A DNA stretch of 21,841 bases from Pseudobdellovibrionaceae bacterium (GTDB lineage Bacteria; Bdellovibrionota; Bdellovibrionia; Bdellovibrionales; Bdellovibrionaceae): assembly GCA_041288045.1 (NCBI GenBank), contig JBGGMM010000235.1, positions 1-21,841 on the forward strand, given 5' to 3'. The position numbers were made by a program, and so were the translations under genes. Under the pieces are notes generated by a model, which did not search any database, was not told the origin of the DNA, and was given only the letters and a program-made list of their open reading frames with translations. Within the stretch, counting starts at the first letter, position 1. Every line of letters begins with the position of its first letter. Below, one piece after another: positions 8,702 to 17,459 of the stretch.

Positions 8702-10060
8702 ATGGTCACTTTGGATTTAATTATTAAGAATGCCTCTGTTTTGATTGCCACTGACTCACCTCAAGGACGGATTGAAATCCAAGAGGTCCAAACACACATC
8801 GGAGTCAAAGACGGAAAAATCCGCTACATCGGCAATGAAAACCATCCGGCAGCTCAGATTATTGATGGCAAAGGCTTGCATTTGCTTCCGGGAATTATCG
8901 ACAGCCAAGTGCACTTTCGCGAACCCGGAATGATTCAGAAAGAAGACTTGGGAACTGGCACAGCTGCCGCGGCGCTTGGCGGGGTCACCAGCATTTTTGA
9001 AATGCCCAACACCAATCCTCCGACTACCAATCAGGAGCTGCATGCCGATAAATTGCGCCGAGCTGCTGAGAAGGCCTGGGTGAATCACGCTTTCTACATT
9101 GGGGCCTCTCACGAAAATGTCGCTGAACTGGCAGAGCTTGAAAAAATCCCCTATTGCCCCGGAATTAAAATCTTTATGGGAAGCTCGACTGGTTCCCTGC
9201 TGGTCGAAGACGATCCCACATTGGAAAAAATTTTTCGCCAGGGCTTTCGCCGCCTGATTTTCCACAGCGAAGACGAAGAGCGCTTGCGCGAGCGAAAGCA
9301 CATCGCTGTAGAAAGCAAGGACGTGCGCAATCATCCCATTTGGCGGGACGAGCTGACAGCTCTTCGCTCGACCGAGCGGCTGATCGCATTGGCAGAAAAA
9401 ACCAAACGACCTGCTCACGTCTTGCACGTGACGACAGCGGAAGAGATGGCTCTTTTAAAACAGAAAAAGAACAAAAAATTTGGCCTGATTTCGGTCGAAG
9501 TCCTTCCCCAGCATCTCACTCTGGCAGCGCCAGAATGTTATGAGCGCTTAGGTACTCTGGCTCAACAAAACCCGCCCATTCGTGATCAGCGCCATCAGGA
9601 CGCTTTGTGGAAAGCGGTTTTAGATGGAACAGTCGATGTCATGGGTTCGGACCATGCCCCGCACACACTGGAAGAAAAAAAACGAGAGTATCCTTCTTCG
9701 CCTTCAGGCGTTCCAGGAGTTCAAACCATGCTTCCCATCATGCTGGATCACGTCCATCAGGGACGCTTGCCGCTGACTCGATTGGTGGAGCTGCTTTGTG
9801 AAAATCCTCGACATGTCTTTGGCTGCAAATCCAAAGGACGAATTGAGCTTGGACTGGATGCCGATCTGACTTTGGTGGATTTGAAAAAAACTCGCACCAT
9901 TGAAAACAAATGGATTGCCAGTCGTTGTGGCTGGACCCCTTTTGATGGAATGAAAGTCACTGGCTGGCCAATCATGACAATCATCAATGGCACGCCCGTT
10001 ATGCAGGACAATCAGCTCTTGGGAACTCCGCGAGGACGACCGGTGGAGTTCCAATTTTGA
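8702..10060 (+). CDS. pyrC: dihydroorotase (amidohydrolase superfamily)
   Basis: PGIIDSQVHFREPG, AAALGGVTSIFEMPNT, IKIFMGSSTG, GSDHAPH, SRCGWTPFDG. Confidence 0.93.
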   Translation: MVTLDLIIKNASVLIATDSPQGRIEIQEVQTHIGVKDGKIRYIGNENHPAAQIIDGKGLHLLPGIIDSQVHFREPGMIQKEDLGTGTAAAALGGVTSIFEMPNTNPPTTNQELHADKLRRAAEKAWVNHAFYIGASHENVAELAELEKIPYCPGIKIFMGSSTGSLLVEDDPTLEKIFRQGFRRLIFHSEDEERLRERKHIAVESKDVRNHPIWRDELTALRSTERLIALAEKTKRPAHVLHVTTAEEMALLKQKKNKKFGLISVEVLPQHLTLAAPECYERLGTLAQQNPPIRDQRHQDALWKAVLDGTVDVMGSDHAPHTLEEKKREYPSSPSGVPGVQTMLPIMLDHVHQGRLPLTRLVELLCENPRHVFGCKSKGRIELGLDADLTLVDLKKTRTIENKWIASRCGWTPFDGMKVTGWPIMTIINGTPVMQDNQLLGTPRGRPVEFQF

Positions 10061-10671
10061 GTTCGACTCAAAATCAGAATAAATCCCAAGCTTTCCTGTC
10101 ATTTTTTGTCGGCGGTCTGCTGCCGATTTTAGCTTTCACATTGATTGAAGAAAGCAAGGGCCCTGTTTGGGGAACTGTCGCTGGAATGATTTTCGGCATT
10201 GGTGAAATTCTCTTTGAAAAATTCAAATACAAAAAAGTCAGCGGTGTGACTTGGGTTGGCAATTTGATGATTCTGGGGCTTGGCGGAATCTCGATTGTTT
10301 CTCAGGAAGGACTGTGGTTCAAATTGCAGCCCGCCCTGTTTGAAGCTTTTTTCGCGGTTTTTCTCTGTGGTTCTTGGCTTATGAAGAAACCCTTTCTTTT
10401 AGCCATGGCAATGAAGCAAAATCCCAACACACCGGAAATGATCAAACCGATTTTAGCGGCAATGACTTTTCGTTTGAGTCTGTTTTTTGCGGCTCATGCC
10501 GCTTTGGCCACTTGGGCAGCCTTGGCTTGGACAACGGCTCAATGGGCCTGGCTGAAAGGTGCTGGCTTGATTGCCAGCTTTCTGTTTTATCTTTTATGTG
10601 AATTGGCCTGGATTCGATATCGAGCAAAAAAAAAGAGAGGGCCGCCCAAAAGCAACCCTCTCCAAGAGTAA
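10057..10671 (+). CDS. yciB: YciB/IspZ-family inner-membrane (septation A) protein
   Basis: Multi-TM protein with the WFKLQPALFE motif typical of the family; start overlaps the pyrC stop (exact start uncertain). Confidence 0.7.
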   Translation: MSSTQNQNKSQAFLSFFVGGLLPILAFTLIEESKGPVWGTVAGMIFGIGEILFEKFKYKKVSGVTWVGNLMILGLGGISIVSQEGLWFKLQPALFEAFFAVFLCGSWLMKKPFLLAMAMKQNPNTPEMIKPILAAMTFRLSLFFAAHAALATWAALAWTTAQWAWLKGAGLIASFLFYLLCELAWIRYRAKKKRGPPKSNPLQE

Positions 10672-10679
10672 TTCAAATT

Positions 10680-11282
10680 TTACCAGCCGTTGCAACGACG
10701 GAACTGGAAGTGATAAAGCAACTCACCAGAGACATCTGCAGAGTCAAGGCTGGCGATTGTATCATCCAATCGGCTGTTGGCTTGAGCTACCATGGACGTG
10801 TTCACTCGGAAGTTGACTTGAGCTCCGCAAGCGGACCAAACCAGAGTGCTTGCCACAAGCTCATCCGTCAGAGTGAAAGTGTCGTTTTCAGGGCCAGTGA
10901 AAGTTCGTCTCAGGCTCGGACCACGGCTTCCCGCCCAAAAGTACTCCACGTTAAATTGGTTTCTTCCACCAGAGGGAACGGCGTTGTACCCACGGTAATC
11001 CAGTTTCAACAGAGCCACTGAGTAACCTTGTGGAACATTCACAGGAATCGCCAGGTTGCAGGATTTGCGATCAATTCGCTTTCCGTTGCTGCCGGCTTCT
11101 GCGACATATTGGTCAAACAAGATACTGACTGCAGAACCATCCGGCGAAACTGTCGCACTGGCTGTTCCAGCTGGACAACCAGAACCCCCATAGGCCGGCT
11201 GGCCAAGTGACAATTGCTGCGCGAAAGCTGCAGATGAAATGACCAGTCCCATTGCGAAACCGAAAACTTTTGCCAACTTCAT
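10680..11282 (-). CDS. secreted DUF4360-family protein
   Basis: Signal peptide; YGGSGCPAGT, SILFDQY, RKSCNLAIPVNVPQGYS and DYRGY motifs; AAGGGGGAG SD. Confidence 0.85.
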   Translation of the reverse strand: MKLAKVFGFAMGLVISSAAFAQQLSLGQPAYGGSGCPAGTASATVSPDGSAVSILFDQYVAEAGSNGKRIDRKSCNLAIPVNVPQGYSVALLKLDYRGYNAVPSGGRNQFNVEYFWAGSRGPSLRRTFTGPENDTFTLTDELVASTLVWSACGAQVNFRVNTSMVAQANSRLDDTIASLDSADVSGELLYHFQFRRCNGW

Positions 11283-11337
11283 ATACTCCCCCTTGATTTG
11301 GTTTTGAGTGGCATCACTCTTTACTGAATCTCCTCAG

Positions 11338-11354
11338 AGCAAGAGGTCTGCCAA
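11338..11354 (-). promoter_or_regulatory. sigma54 promoter candidate for the DUF4360 gene
   Basis: Minus strand TTGGCAGACCTCTTGCT (TGGCA-N6-TTGCT, GG-N10-GC), located between the upstream terminator and the gene. Confidence 0.75.
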
Positions 11355-11383
11355 GCACTTTGGAGTCAGATTGGCCCCTGTGG

Positions 11384-11422
11384 AAAAAACAAAGCCCCGG
11401 TTTTTTGGACCAGGGCTTTGTT
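11384..11422 (-). terminator. intrinsic terminator of the subtilase gene
   Basis: Minus strand AACAAAGCCCTGGT-CCAAAAA-ACCGGGGCTTTGTT followed by a T run. Confidence 0.8.
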
Positions 11423-11445
11423 GATTCTAAATTGCTAAAACGATT

Positions 11446-12951
11446 TTACTGCTGACAGAAAGGCATATCAGGCATGACTTGGCAGAGAACATCGCAAAGA
11501 GCTTGATCTCCCAATGGACAAGTCCCTGGATCTGCTCCACCGCCACCGCCATCACTGGATGACTGACCGACATAGATTTTATGGCTAGTTGCGGTGGCAC
11601 CAGCTGCATCCTTCACTGTGATTTGAGTTTCCCCATTCGCAACAGCTGTCAGAATACCATTGGCATCAATTGTCGCCACGGCTGCGTTTGAGCTTGCAAA
11701 TTGAAAAGGTTTCTTTCCATAGACAGCTTCAAACTCCAATGTCTGTCCTGGTGCAACAGTGGCTGCAAATGGAGAGACAAAAATTTTCTTGGCCTGAATG
11801 GCTTCGACAACCCCTAAAGCATCCACTCGGCAATCACAAGCTGTGGCAACTGTTGAAGCTGCACCTGTCGCCTGCAAAAGAGAACGAATCTGCGTCGGTG
11901 ACAAGCTCGGATCCTGCGCTTTCGCGAAAGCCACAAGCCCTGCCACCAGTGGAGTGGCCATTGAAGTGCCGGACAGATTGCCATACTTATTGGATGGCAA
12001 AGTGCTCATGATCTCATTTCCTGGTGAGGCCAAATTGACTTTGGCTTTTCCATAGTTGGACCAGCTCGGTTTGGCATCGCTTGAATCTGAAGCTGCGACT
12101 GAAATCGTATTCGAAAGCCCGGCATTGGCTGGGTAGACTTCGTAGGTGTCATTGTTCTTGCCATCATTGGCAGCAGCGACGACAAAAACGATCCCGGCTT
12201 TTTCAGCTCTTTGCATGGCTTCAATGATAGGCATGGCTTGCGCTTTTGGAATCGCAGCTCCCCAGCTAGCAGAAATCACGTCCACACCTTTTTCAATGGC
12301 ATAGTCGATGGCTTTCACACCATTGTTCAAATCACCGCCGCCGTTTTTATCCAAAAATCGAATGGGCATGATGGAAACTTCAGGAGAAATCCCGGTTGTT
12401 CCTCCTTCGACCAGACCCGTTGAGCCGACAATCCCCGCACAGTGTGTTCCGTGGCCTGGATTTTGTCCGACTTCATCCATTGGATCACTGTCATTGCCGG
12501 CAAAATCATAGCCAGCAACCATATTCGGAGACAAAGACGGATGCTTTGAATCCACTCCAGTATCAATCACAGCGACAACAACCTTTTTAGATCCTTTATT
12601 GCCAGCTTTTTTCCAAGCCTCTTCAGCTCGGACTTTTTGAATCGCCCATTGCTGCTTCAGAGCCATTGTTTCTGTTTCCAGCGGTGTTGTGAAAAGATGC
12701 ATGCGGGCATTGGGCACCACATATTCCACATTTGGATCTGTCAAAAGTTGAATCATCGCTGAAACTTTATTGGCTTCAGAAATCGTCACTTTCATCAAGT
12801 TGCCAGCATCGTGGACATCCAAAATTCTCAATGCTGAGCTTCTGGAAAATGTTTGAAAGGCTTGCGTCGACCGGTACTTCACCAGGTATTCTGCTGCAAA
12901 GACTGGCAACGAGAACGCCAATAAAACTAAAATCCCTATCACTTTTTTCAT
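11446..12951 (-). CDS. secreted S8 family serine peptidase (subtilase) with Ig-like domain and Cys-rich tail
   Basis: Catalytic triad motifs VAVIDTG, HGTHCAG and GTSMATP; signal peptide from ATG 12951 with AAGGGGA SD; SSNAAVATIDANG..TAV..GET.IT is a Big_2-like pattern. Confidence 0.93.
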   Translation of the reverse strand: MKKVIGILVLLAFSLPVFAAEYLVKYRSTQAFQTFSRSSALRILDVHDAGNLMKVTISEANKVSAMIQLLTDPNVEYVVPNARMHLFTTPLETETMALKQQWAIQKVRAEEAWKKAGNKGSKKVVVAVIDTGVDSKHPSLSPNMVAGYDFAGNDSDPMDEVGQNPGHGTHCAGIVGSTGLVEGGTTGISPEVSIMPIRFLDKNGGGDLNNGVKAIDYAIEKGVDVISASWGAAIPKAQAMPIIEAMQRAEKAGIVFVVAAANDGKNNDTYEVYPANAGLSNTISVAASDSSDAKPSWSNYGKAKVNLASPGNEIMSTLPSNKYGNLSGTSMATPLVAGLVAFAKAQDPSLSPTQIRSLLQATGAASTVATACDCRVDALGVVEAIQAKKIFVSPFAATVAPGQTLEFEAVYGKKPFQFASSNAAVATIDANGILTAVANGETQITVKDAAGATATSHKIYVGQSSSDGGGGGADPGTCPLGDQALCDVLCQVMPDMPFCQQ

Positions 12952-13132
12952 GTATCCCCTTCCATGGTTTGCTTTAGGTTGTGTCAAGTCTAGTCAGACT
13001 CATTTCCAAGAGTGGAGGAAAAAAGCAGCAATGACCCAATCCGTCGAAAGAAATTTATAAAAGTTGTGAGTCCAACTTATATCCACAAAAAGATTTGCTT
13101 CTTTGTATCACCTCGTTGAACACTGAATCTCC

Positions 13133-13909
13133 ATGAGTTTCTGGCAAGTTCTTCTTTTATCCTTTATCGAGGGGCTCACTGAATTTCTTCCTGTCTCTTC
13201 AACGGGACATTTGATTCTTGCATCGGCAGTGATGGGAATCGAAGATCAGGGCTTCATCAAAAGCTTCAACGTCATCATTCAATTTGGCGCTATTCTCTCT
13301 GTGCTGGTGCTTTATTGGCGTCGCTTTCTGCCGAATTTGGAATTTTATAAAAAGCTGGTGATTGCCTTTTTGCCGGCTGCTCTCATTGGCCTCGCAGTGA
13401 AAAACAAAATCGACGCTGTCCTAGGCAGCGTGGAAATTGTCGCTTGGGCGCTCATTGTGGGCGGATTCATTCTGATTTGGAGCGACCGATTTTTCAAAGA
13501 TCACCCCGGCAACAAAAAAATTGATTCCATGAGCTGGATGGATTGTTTGAAATTGGGGTTGTTACAATGTTTTGCATTCATTCCGGGTATTTCCAGGTCC
13601 GGCGCCACAATTGTTGGCGGACTGGCTTTGGGTTTATCGCGAAAAGAAGCTGCCGAGTTTTCATTTTTTCTGGCAGTGCCCACTCTGGCTGGGGCGACTT
13701 TGGTGAAAACGCTTGGAATCGTGAAAACATTAGATAGCTCGCATTGGCAATTTCTGCTGGCAGGAACGATTTTTTCGTTTTTCTTTGCTCTGATTGCCAT
13801 TCGCTTTTTTATCGGCATCGTCAGTCGGTTTGGATTTCGCCATTTCGGAATTTACCGAATCGTTCTTGGCGTTTTGATTCTTTTCTTTGTTTCAGGAGGT
13901 GCTGCATGA
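13133..13909 (+). CDS. uppP: undecaprenyl-diphosphate phosphatase (BacA)
   Basis: EGLTEFLPVSSTGHL, PGISRSGAT, AAEFSFFLAVP. Confidence 0.96.
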   Translation: MSFWQVLLLSFIEGLTEFLPVSSTGHLILASAVMGIEDQGFIKSFNVIIQFGAILSVLVLYWRRFLPNLEFYKKLVIAFLPAALIGLAVKNKIDAVLGSVEIVAWALIVGGFILIWSDRFFKDHPGNKKIDSMSWMDCLKLGLLQCFAFIPGISRSGATIVGGLALGLSRKEAAEFSFFLAVPTLAGATLVKTLGIVKTLDSSHWQFLLAGTIFSFFFALIAIRFFIGIVSRFGFRHFGIYRIVLGVLILFFVSGGAA

Positions 13910-15051
13910 ATCCAACCACAGCCGGACGATTGGTTGCCGGTGAGCTCAATGAATGGATGACAGAATCTCTTTTTCTGATGCCGAATTGGAAGTGGATTGG
14001 CTTGGTACTAGCGATTGTTATCGGGCTTTTACTGAAATCAGTCTTGAAATCAGTCCTTCGAACAGTGAAGAACGCCTCTTGGACCCATGGTCGGGCGACA
14101 GGATTTCTCTTGCACTTTTTAGAAACGGATTTGCAAAAGCCACTGGCCTGGATTCTGACCTGCGTTTTTTGGCTGGTGTCCTTGCATGCCATTGGACTTC
14201 CTGAAGGACCTTACAAAGTCCTGGCGATTTTCATTCAAATCATTCTGGCTTTTCATTTGATTGTTCTGGTTTACCGGGCGGCCGAGGCCTTTGGCGCATT
14301 GCTTGTCAAAATCACCGAGAAAACCGGCACTTCATTGGATGGCCAACTGGCTCCGATGGCCACCAAAATTCTAAAGGTTCTTGTGGTTGTGTTGGGAGTT
14401 CTCATCACAATTCAAAATTTTGGTGTGAATGTCATGTCCATTCTCGCAGGTCTCGGCCTTGGGGGATTGGCTTTGGCATTGGCAGCACAGGATACCGCCG
14501 CCAATCTGTTTGGTTCGATCACGATTGTCGCCGATCGGCCTTTTCGAATTGGTGATTATATCAAAATCGGCGGAACTGAAGGAGTCGTTGAAGAAATTGG
14601 CTTTCGTTCCACGAGAATTCGAACTCCTTATCGCAGTCTTGTGACAATCCCCAATTCGGTTGTCGCCAAGGAAATGATCGACAACCTTGAATTCCGACCC
14701 GAAAGAAGGGTTCGTCACATTTTGGGATTCACTTACAATGCCAAAGAAGCTCAGCTGAAGAGCTTTATGATGGAAGTTGCCAGTTACCTTCAGAATCACC
14801 CGAAAGTGGACCAGACAAGGACGACGATTCGCTTTTTCAGTTTAGGCGATTTCAGCTTACAAGTTCAGGTTCAATTTTATATTTACACCACAGACGCCAA
14901 TGAGGAGATGGAGATTCAGGAGAATTTTCTTTTTTTCGTCATGCAGACAGCAGAGAAGATCGGACTGGATTTTGCTTTCCCAACTCAGACTCAGCATGTG
15001 AAGTTGGAACAAGCTCCGCGTGAGTCACAAAGTCCTCACGCGGCTCTTTAA
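13906..15051 (+). CDS. mscS: mechanosensitive ion channel, MscS family
   Basis: AGLGLGGLALALAAQDT, DRPFRIGD, GVVEEIGFRSTRIRT, IPNS, FAFPTQ; ATG 13906 overlaps the uppP stop (ATGA) and has an AGGAGG SD. Confidence 0.92.
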   Translation: MNPTTAGRLVAGELNEWMTESLFLMPNWKWIGLVLAIVIGLLLKSVLKSVLRTVKNASWTHGRATGFLLHFLETDLQKPLAWILTCVFWLVSLHAIGLPEGPYKVLAIFIQIILAFHLIVLVYRAAEAFGALLVKITEKTGTSLDGQLAPMATKILKVLVVVLGVLITIQNFGVNVMSILAGLGLGGLALALAAQDTAANLFGSITIVADRPFRIGDYIKIGGTEGVVEEIGFRSTRIRTPYRSLVTIPNSVVAKEMIDNLEFRPERRVRHILGFTYNAKEAQLKSFMMEVASYLQNHPKVDQTRTTIRFFSLGDFSLQVQVQFYIYTTDANEEMEIQENFLFFVMQTAEKIGLDFAFPTQTQHVKLEQAPRESQSPHAAL

Positions 15052-15056
15052 AGGAA

Positions 15057-16298
15057 TTATTTCTTTTTCTTCGCAGGTTGCTTTTTGCTATCGTCGCTGG
15101 GATTGCTTTTGCCAAGAAGAGCTGCGGTTTCAGCTCTGATTTTCTCGGTTTCCAAGCGCATTTTCTCAGCTTCCAATTCAGCTCGCAAAGTGTCGGCCTT
15201 CATTTTTGTTGAATCGGCTTTTTGGTGCGCTTCTTCGACTTTGTCAGACAGGCCGGCTTTTTCATTTTTCGCTTTTTCTAATTCTTGCTTGAGGCGTTCC
15301 ATATCGGATTGAGCCCGAGCAGCGTCCGCTTCATGATCAGAAATCGCTTTTTTGATTTTGGCAATTTCTTGATTGATCTGGGCAAGCTCCTTGGCTGACT
15401 GAGCCCGAGATTTTTCAACATCCGCTTTGATTTTGGCTGTTTTTTCTCGGGTTTTTGCCTCTTCTTTTTTGGCATTTTCGAAATTTTTGCGCTCTTCTTC
15501 AACTTTGGCGCTCATATTTTTGCTGTCTGTTTGAACTCGAGCCACTTCGGTCTGCATGGCTTCAATTTCTTTCGCGGCTTTTTCTTCGGCTTGCTTCAAT
15601 TTGGCGATTTCAGCCTCGGCCCGAGCTCTTTCCGCTTCGGCTTTGGCTTGCTCAGCTTTTGCTTTTGCCGATGTGGCTTGCGCCAGAGTCCCAGCTTTCG
15701 TGGAAGTCAATTTGGTTCTTTCCAAATTGGCAGCAACTTCGCGCTCACTTTTTCGAGCTTCTGCTGCTTCCTTGGAAGCTTTTTCAGCTTCTTCTTGAGC
15801 CGCTTTGGTTTTTTGCTCCATTTCTTTGGTCTGAGCAATCGCCGCTGCCATCATTTTTTCAGAAGCTTCTTTTTTCTTCATCGCTTCATCACGAAGGACT
15901 TTTGATTTTTCTGCTCTTTCTTTGGCCGCATCCATCTGCTTCTGAGCTAGATTCTGCTTTTCATCAGCCAGTTTGGCTTGTTTTAAATACTCTTCTGATT
16001 CCGCACGCAATCGAGCCGCTTCATTTTCAGCTTTGGCCTGCTCGTTTTTCGCTTGAGCCTCCATAGTTTTAGCTTTGGCGATTGCTGATTGCGCGGACTC
16101 TTTGTTTTTGTCCCGCTTCTTTCTTTCCTCATCGGCTCGGCGCTTGGCCTCGCGCGAATCGGCTTGAGCCGCTTCGGAATCTGCCATCGCCTCTTCGGCT
16201 TCAACGGCGGCTGAGTCTTGGGCTCGAACTTCTTTCGTTTGAAGAGAAGAGACCAGAGTAAATGCCAACAATGAGATAATCCAATTCTGTGCTTTCAT
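15057..16298 (-). CDS. exported long coiled-coil (Ala/Glu/Lys-rich) hypothetical protein
   Basis: Signal-like N-terminus, then a nearly continuous A/E/K/Q-rich, Pro-free helical sequence; AAGGAG SD. Confidence 0.88.
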   Translation of the reverse strand: MKAQNWIISLLAFTLVSSLQTKEVRAQDSAAVEAEEAMADSEAAQADSREAKRRADEERKKRDKNKESAQSAIAKAKTMEAQAKNEQAKAENEAARLRAESEEYLKQAKLADEKQNLAQKQMDAAKERAEKSKVLRDEAMKKKEASEKMMAAAIAQTKEMEQKTKAAQEEAEKASKEAAEARKSEREVAANLERTKLTSTKAGTLAQATSAKAKAEQAKAEAERARAEAEIAKLKQAEEKAAKEIEAMQTEVARVQTDSKNMSAKVEEERKNFENAKKEEAKTREKTAKIKADVEKSRAQSAKELAQINQEIAKIKKAISDHEADAARAQSDMERLKQELEKAKNEKAGLSDKVEEAHQKADSTKMKADTLRAELEAEKMRLETEKIRAETAALLGKSNPSDDSKKQPAKKKK

Positions 16299-16321
16299 AG
16301 ATGCTCCTTCAATTCCATATC

Positions 16322-16350
16322 AGTATAGGAAATTCCTTCGCCAGGTTCAA
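16322..16350 (-). promoter_or_regulatory. sigma70 promoter candidate for the coiled-coil gene
   Basis: Minus strand TTGAAC-17 nt-TATACT. Confidence 0.7.
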
Positions 16351-16538
16351 AATTTTGCCAACAAATTGGACTTCTGGCGGCCCACCTTGAAGCGATTTCT
16401 CCGAGGTTTTTCTTTCTGTCGAGGTTTTGGACACCAGATGGAGCCCCAATTTGTCGGAAATGTTCAACTCCTGAACAGAGCGATTGCTCTCCCGAGGCAA
16501 TGGATTGGTTTTAGAGACCCCAGGACTTCGGTCGGGTG

Positions 16539-16554
16539 TGGCCCTTCCCTTGCT
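16539..16554 (+). promoter_or_regulatory. sigma54 promoter candidate upstream of a short non-coding transcript
   Basis: TGGCCCTTCCCTTGCT: GG-N10-GC with TGGC and TTGCT; predicted +1 near 16565. Confidence 0.65.
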
Positions 16555-16564
16555 CTAGGTAAGT

Positions 16565-16618
16565 GCAACCCCCCATAGCGGCCTGGTCCCCCACCCCCCA
16601 AACCAGGTCGCTTTTTTT
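16565..16618 (+). ncRNA. candidate C-rich small RNA
   Basis: Between the sigma54 motif and a terminator (11-bp stem 16577-16587/16602-16612, loop CCCCCACCCCCCAA, T7 tail); no plus-strand gene ends here. Confidence 0.55.
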
Positions 16619-16692
16619 CCCTTTTCCAAAATCCCGATCCTCTCCGTTTGGACAGCTGTCAGCACGCTCTTGCTTCGCTAAGATCTAAGAAT

Positions 16693-17454
16693 ATGAAATT
16701 AGGGATTTTTGTTCTCAGCGGATTTGCCAGTGTCTCCATTTGGGCGGCTCCACTTAAAGTGATTGTCGATCCAGGCCATGGCGGAAGTGATGCCGGCGCC
16801 GTCTATGGCCCAGCAAAAGAATCCGAAATCACACTTCAAGTGGCCAAGCACCTGCAGGATCTTCTCAGGCAATCCTCGGACTTTCACTCTTCTCTCACTC
16901 GCAGCCAGGATCAGAACCTGAGCTTGCAGGAAAGAGTGCAGTTGGCTGAAAAAGAAAAAGCCGATCTTTTTCTGAGTATTCACGCCAACGCTTCGACAGA
17001 TCAAAGAGCTCGCGGAGTGGAATTTTATTTTCAAAATCATTTGCCTGCTGATCAAGAGTCGCTCTTTCTTGCTAATTTGGAAAATCAAATGGTGAAAGAA
17101 ACCCAAGGCCCCAATCAGGATCTCAGTAAAAAAGGCGATGTTCTGGCAATTGTTGAGGACTTGAAAAGGCAGACAAAAATGCGAAGCAGTTATGTCCTCA
17201 GCGATCGCCTGCTGAAAGCCTGGAATAAAAGCGGCAGAAAAAATAGCAACGTCATTCGCCAAGCTCCCTTTTATGTCATTTCCAAAACCAGCATTCCTTC
17301 CGTTCTGGTTGAGCTCGGATTCGTCTCAAATCCCAAAGAGTCACAAAAACTGATCCAGGCCAATTACCAGAAAGAAATCGCCTTGAAGATCTATCAAGGG
17401 CTTGTGGATTACAAAGAAATGGTGGACAAGGCTGAGCTCGGCCGACTACAGTAG
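16693..17454 (+). CDS. N-acetylmuramoyl-L-alanine amidase (Amidase_3), exported
   Basis: VIVDPGHGGSDAGA, ADLFLSIHANA, PSVLVELGFVSN; signal peptide from ATG 16693. Confidence 0.93.
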   Translation: MKLGIFVLSGFASVSIWAAPLKVIVDPGHGGSDAGAVYGPAKESEITLQVAKHLQDLLRQSSDFHSSLTRSQDQNLSLQERVQLAEKEKADLFLSIHANASTDQRARGVEFYFQNHLPADQESLFLANLENQMVKETQGPNQDLSKKGDVLAIVEDLKRQTKMRSSYVLSDRLLKAWNKSGRKNSNVIRQAPFYVISKTSIPSVLVELGFVSNPKESQKLIQANYQKEIALKIYQGLVDYKEMVDKAELGRLQ

Positions 17455-17459
17455 CGCCC

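Noticed and set aside
13079..13087. DnaA-box-like ATATCCACA
   Set aside because: Single imperfect copy, no cluster or origin context.
15085..16204. Long antisense and alternate-frame ORFs over the coiled-coil gene (likewise over 7553-8536, pyrC and prs)
   Set aside because: Shadow ORFs arising from codon bias of the real genes.
16400..16620. c-di-GMP or other known riboswitch upstream of the amidase
   Set aside because: No recognisable aptamer consensus; the amidase appears to have its own promoter downstream of the terminator.
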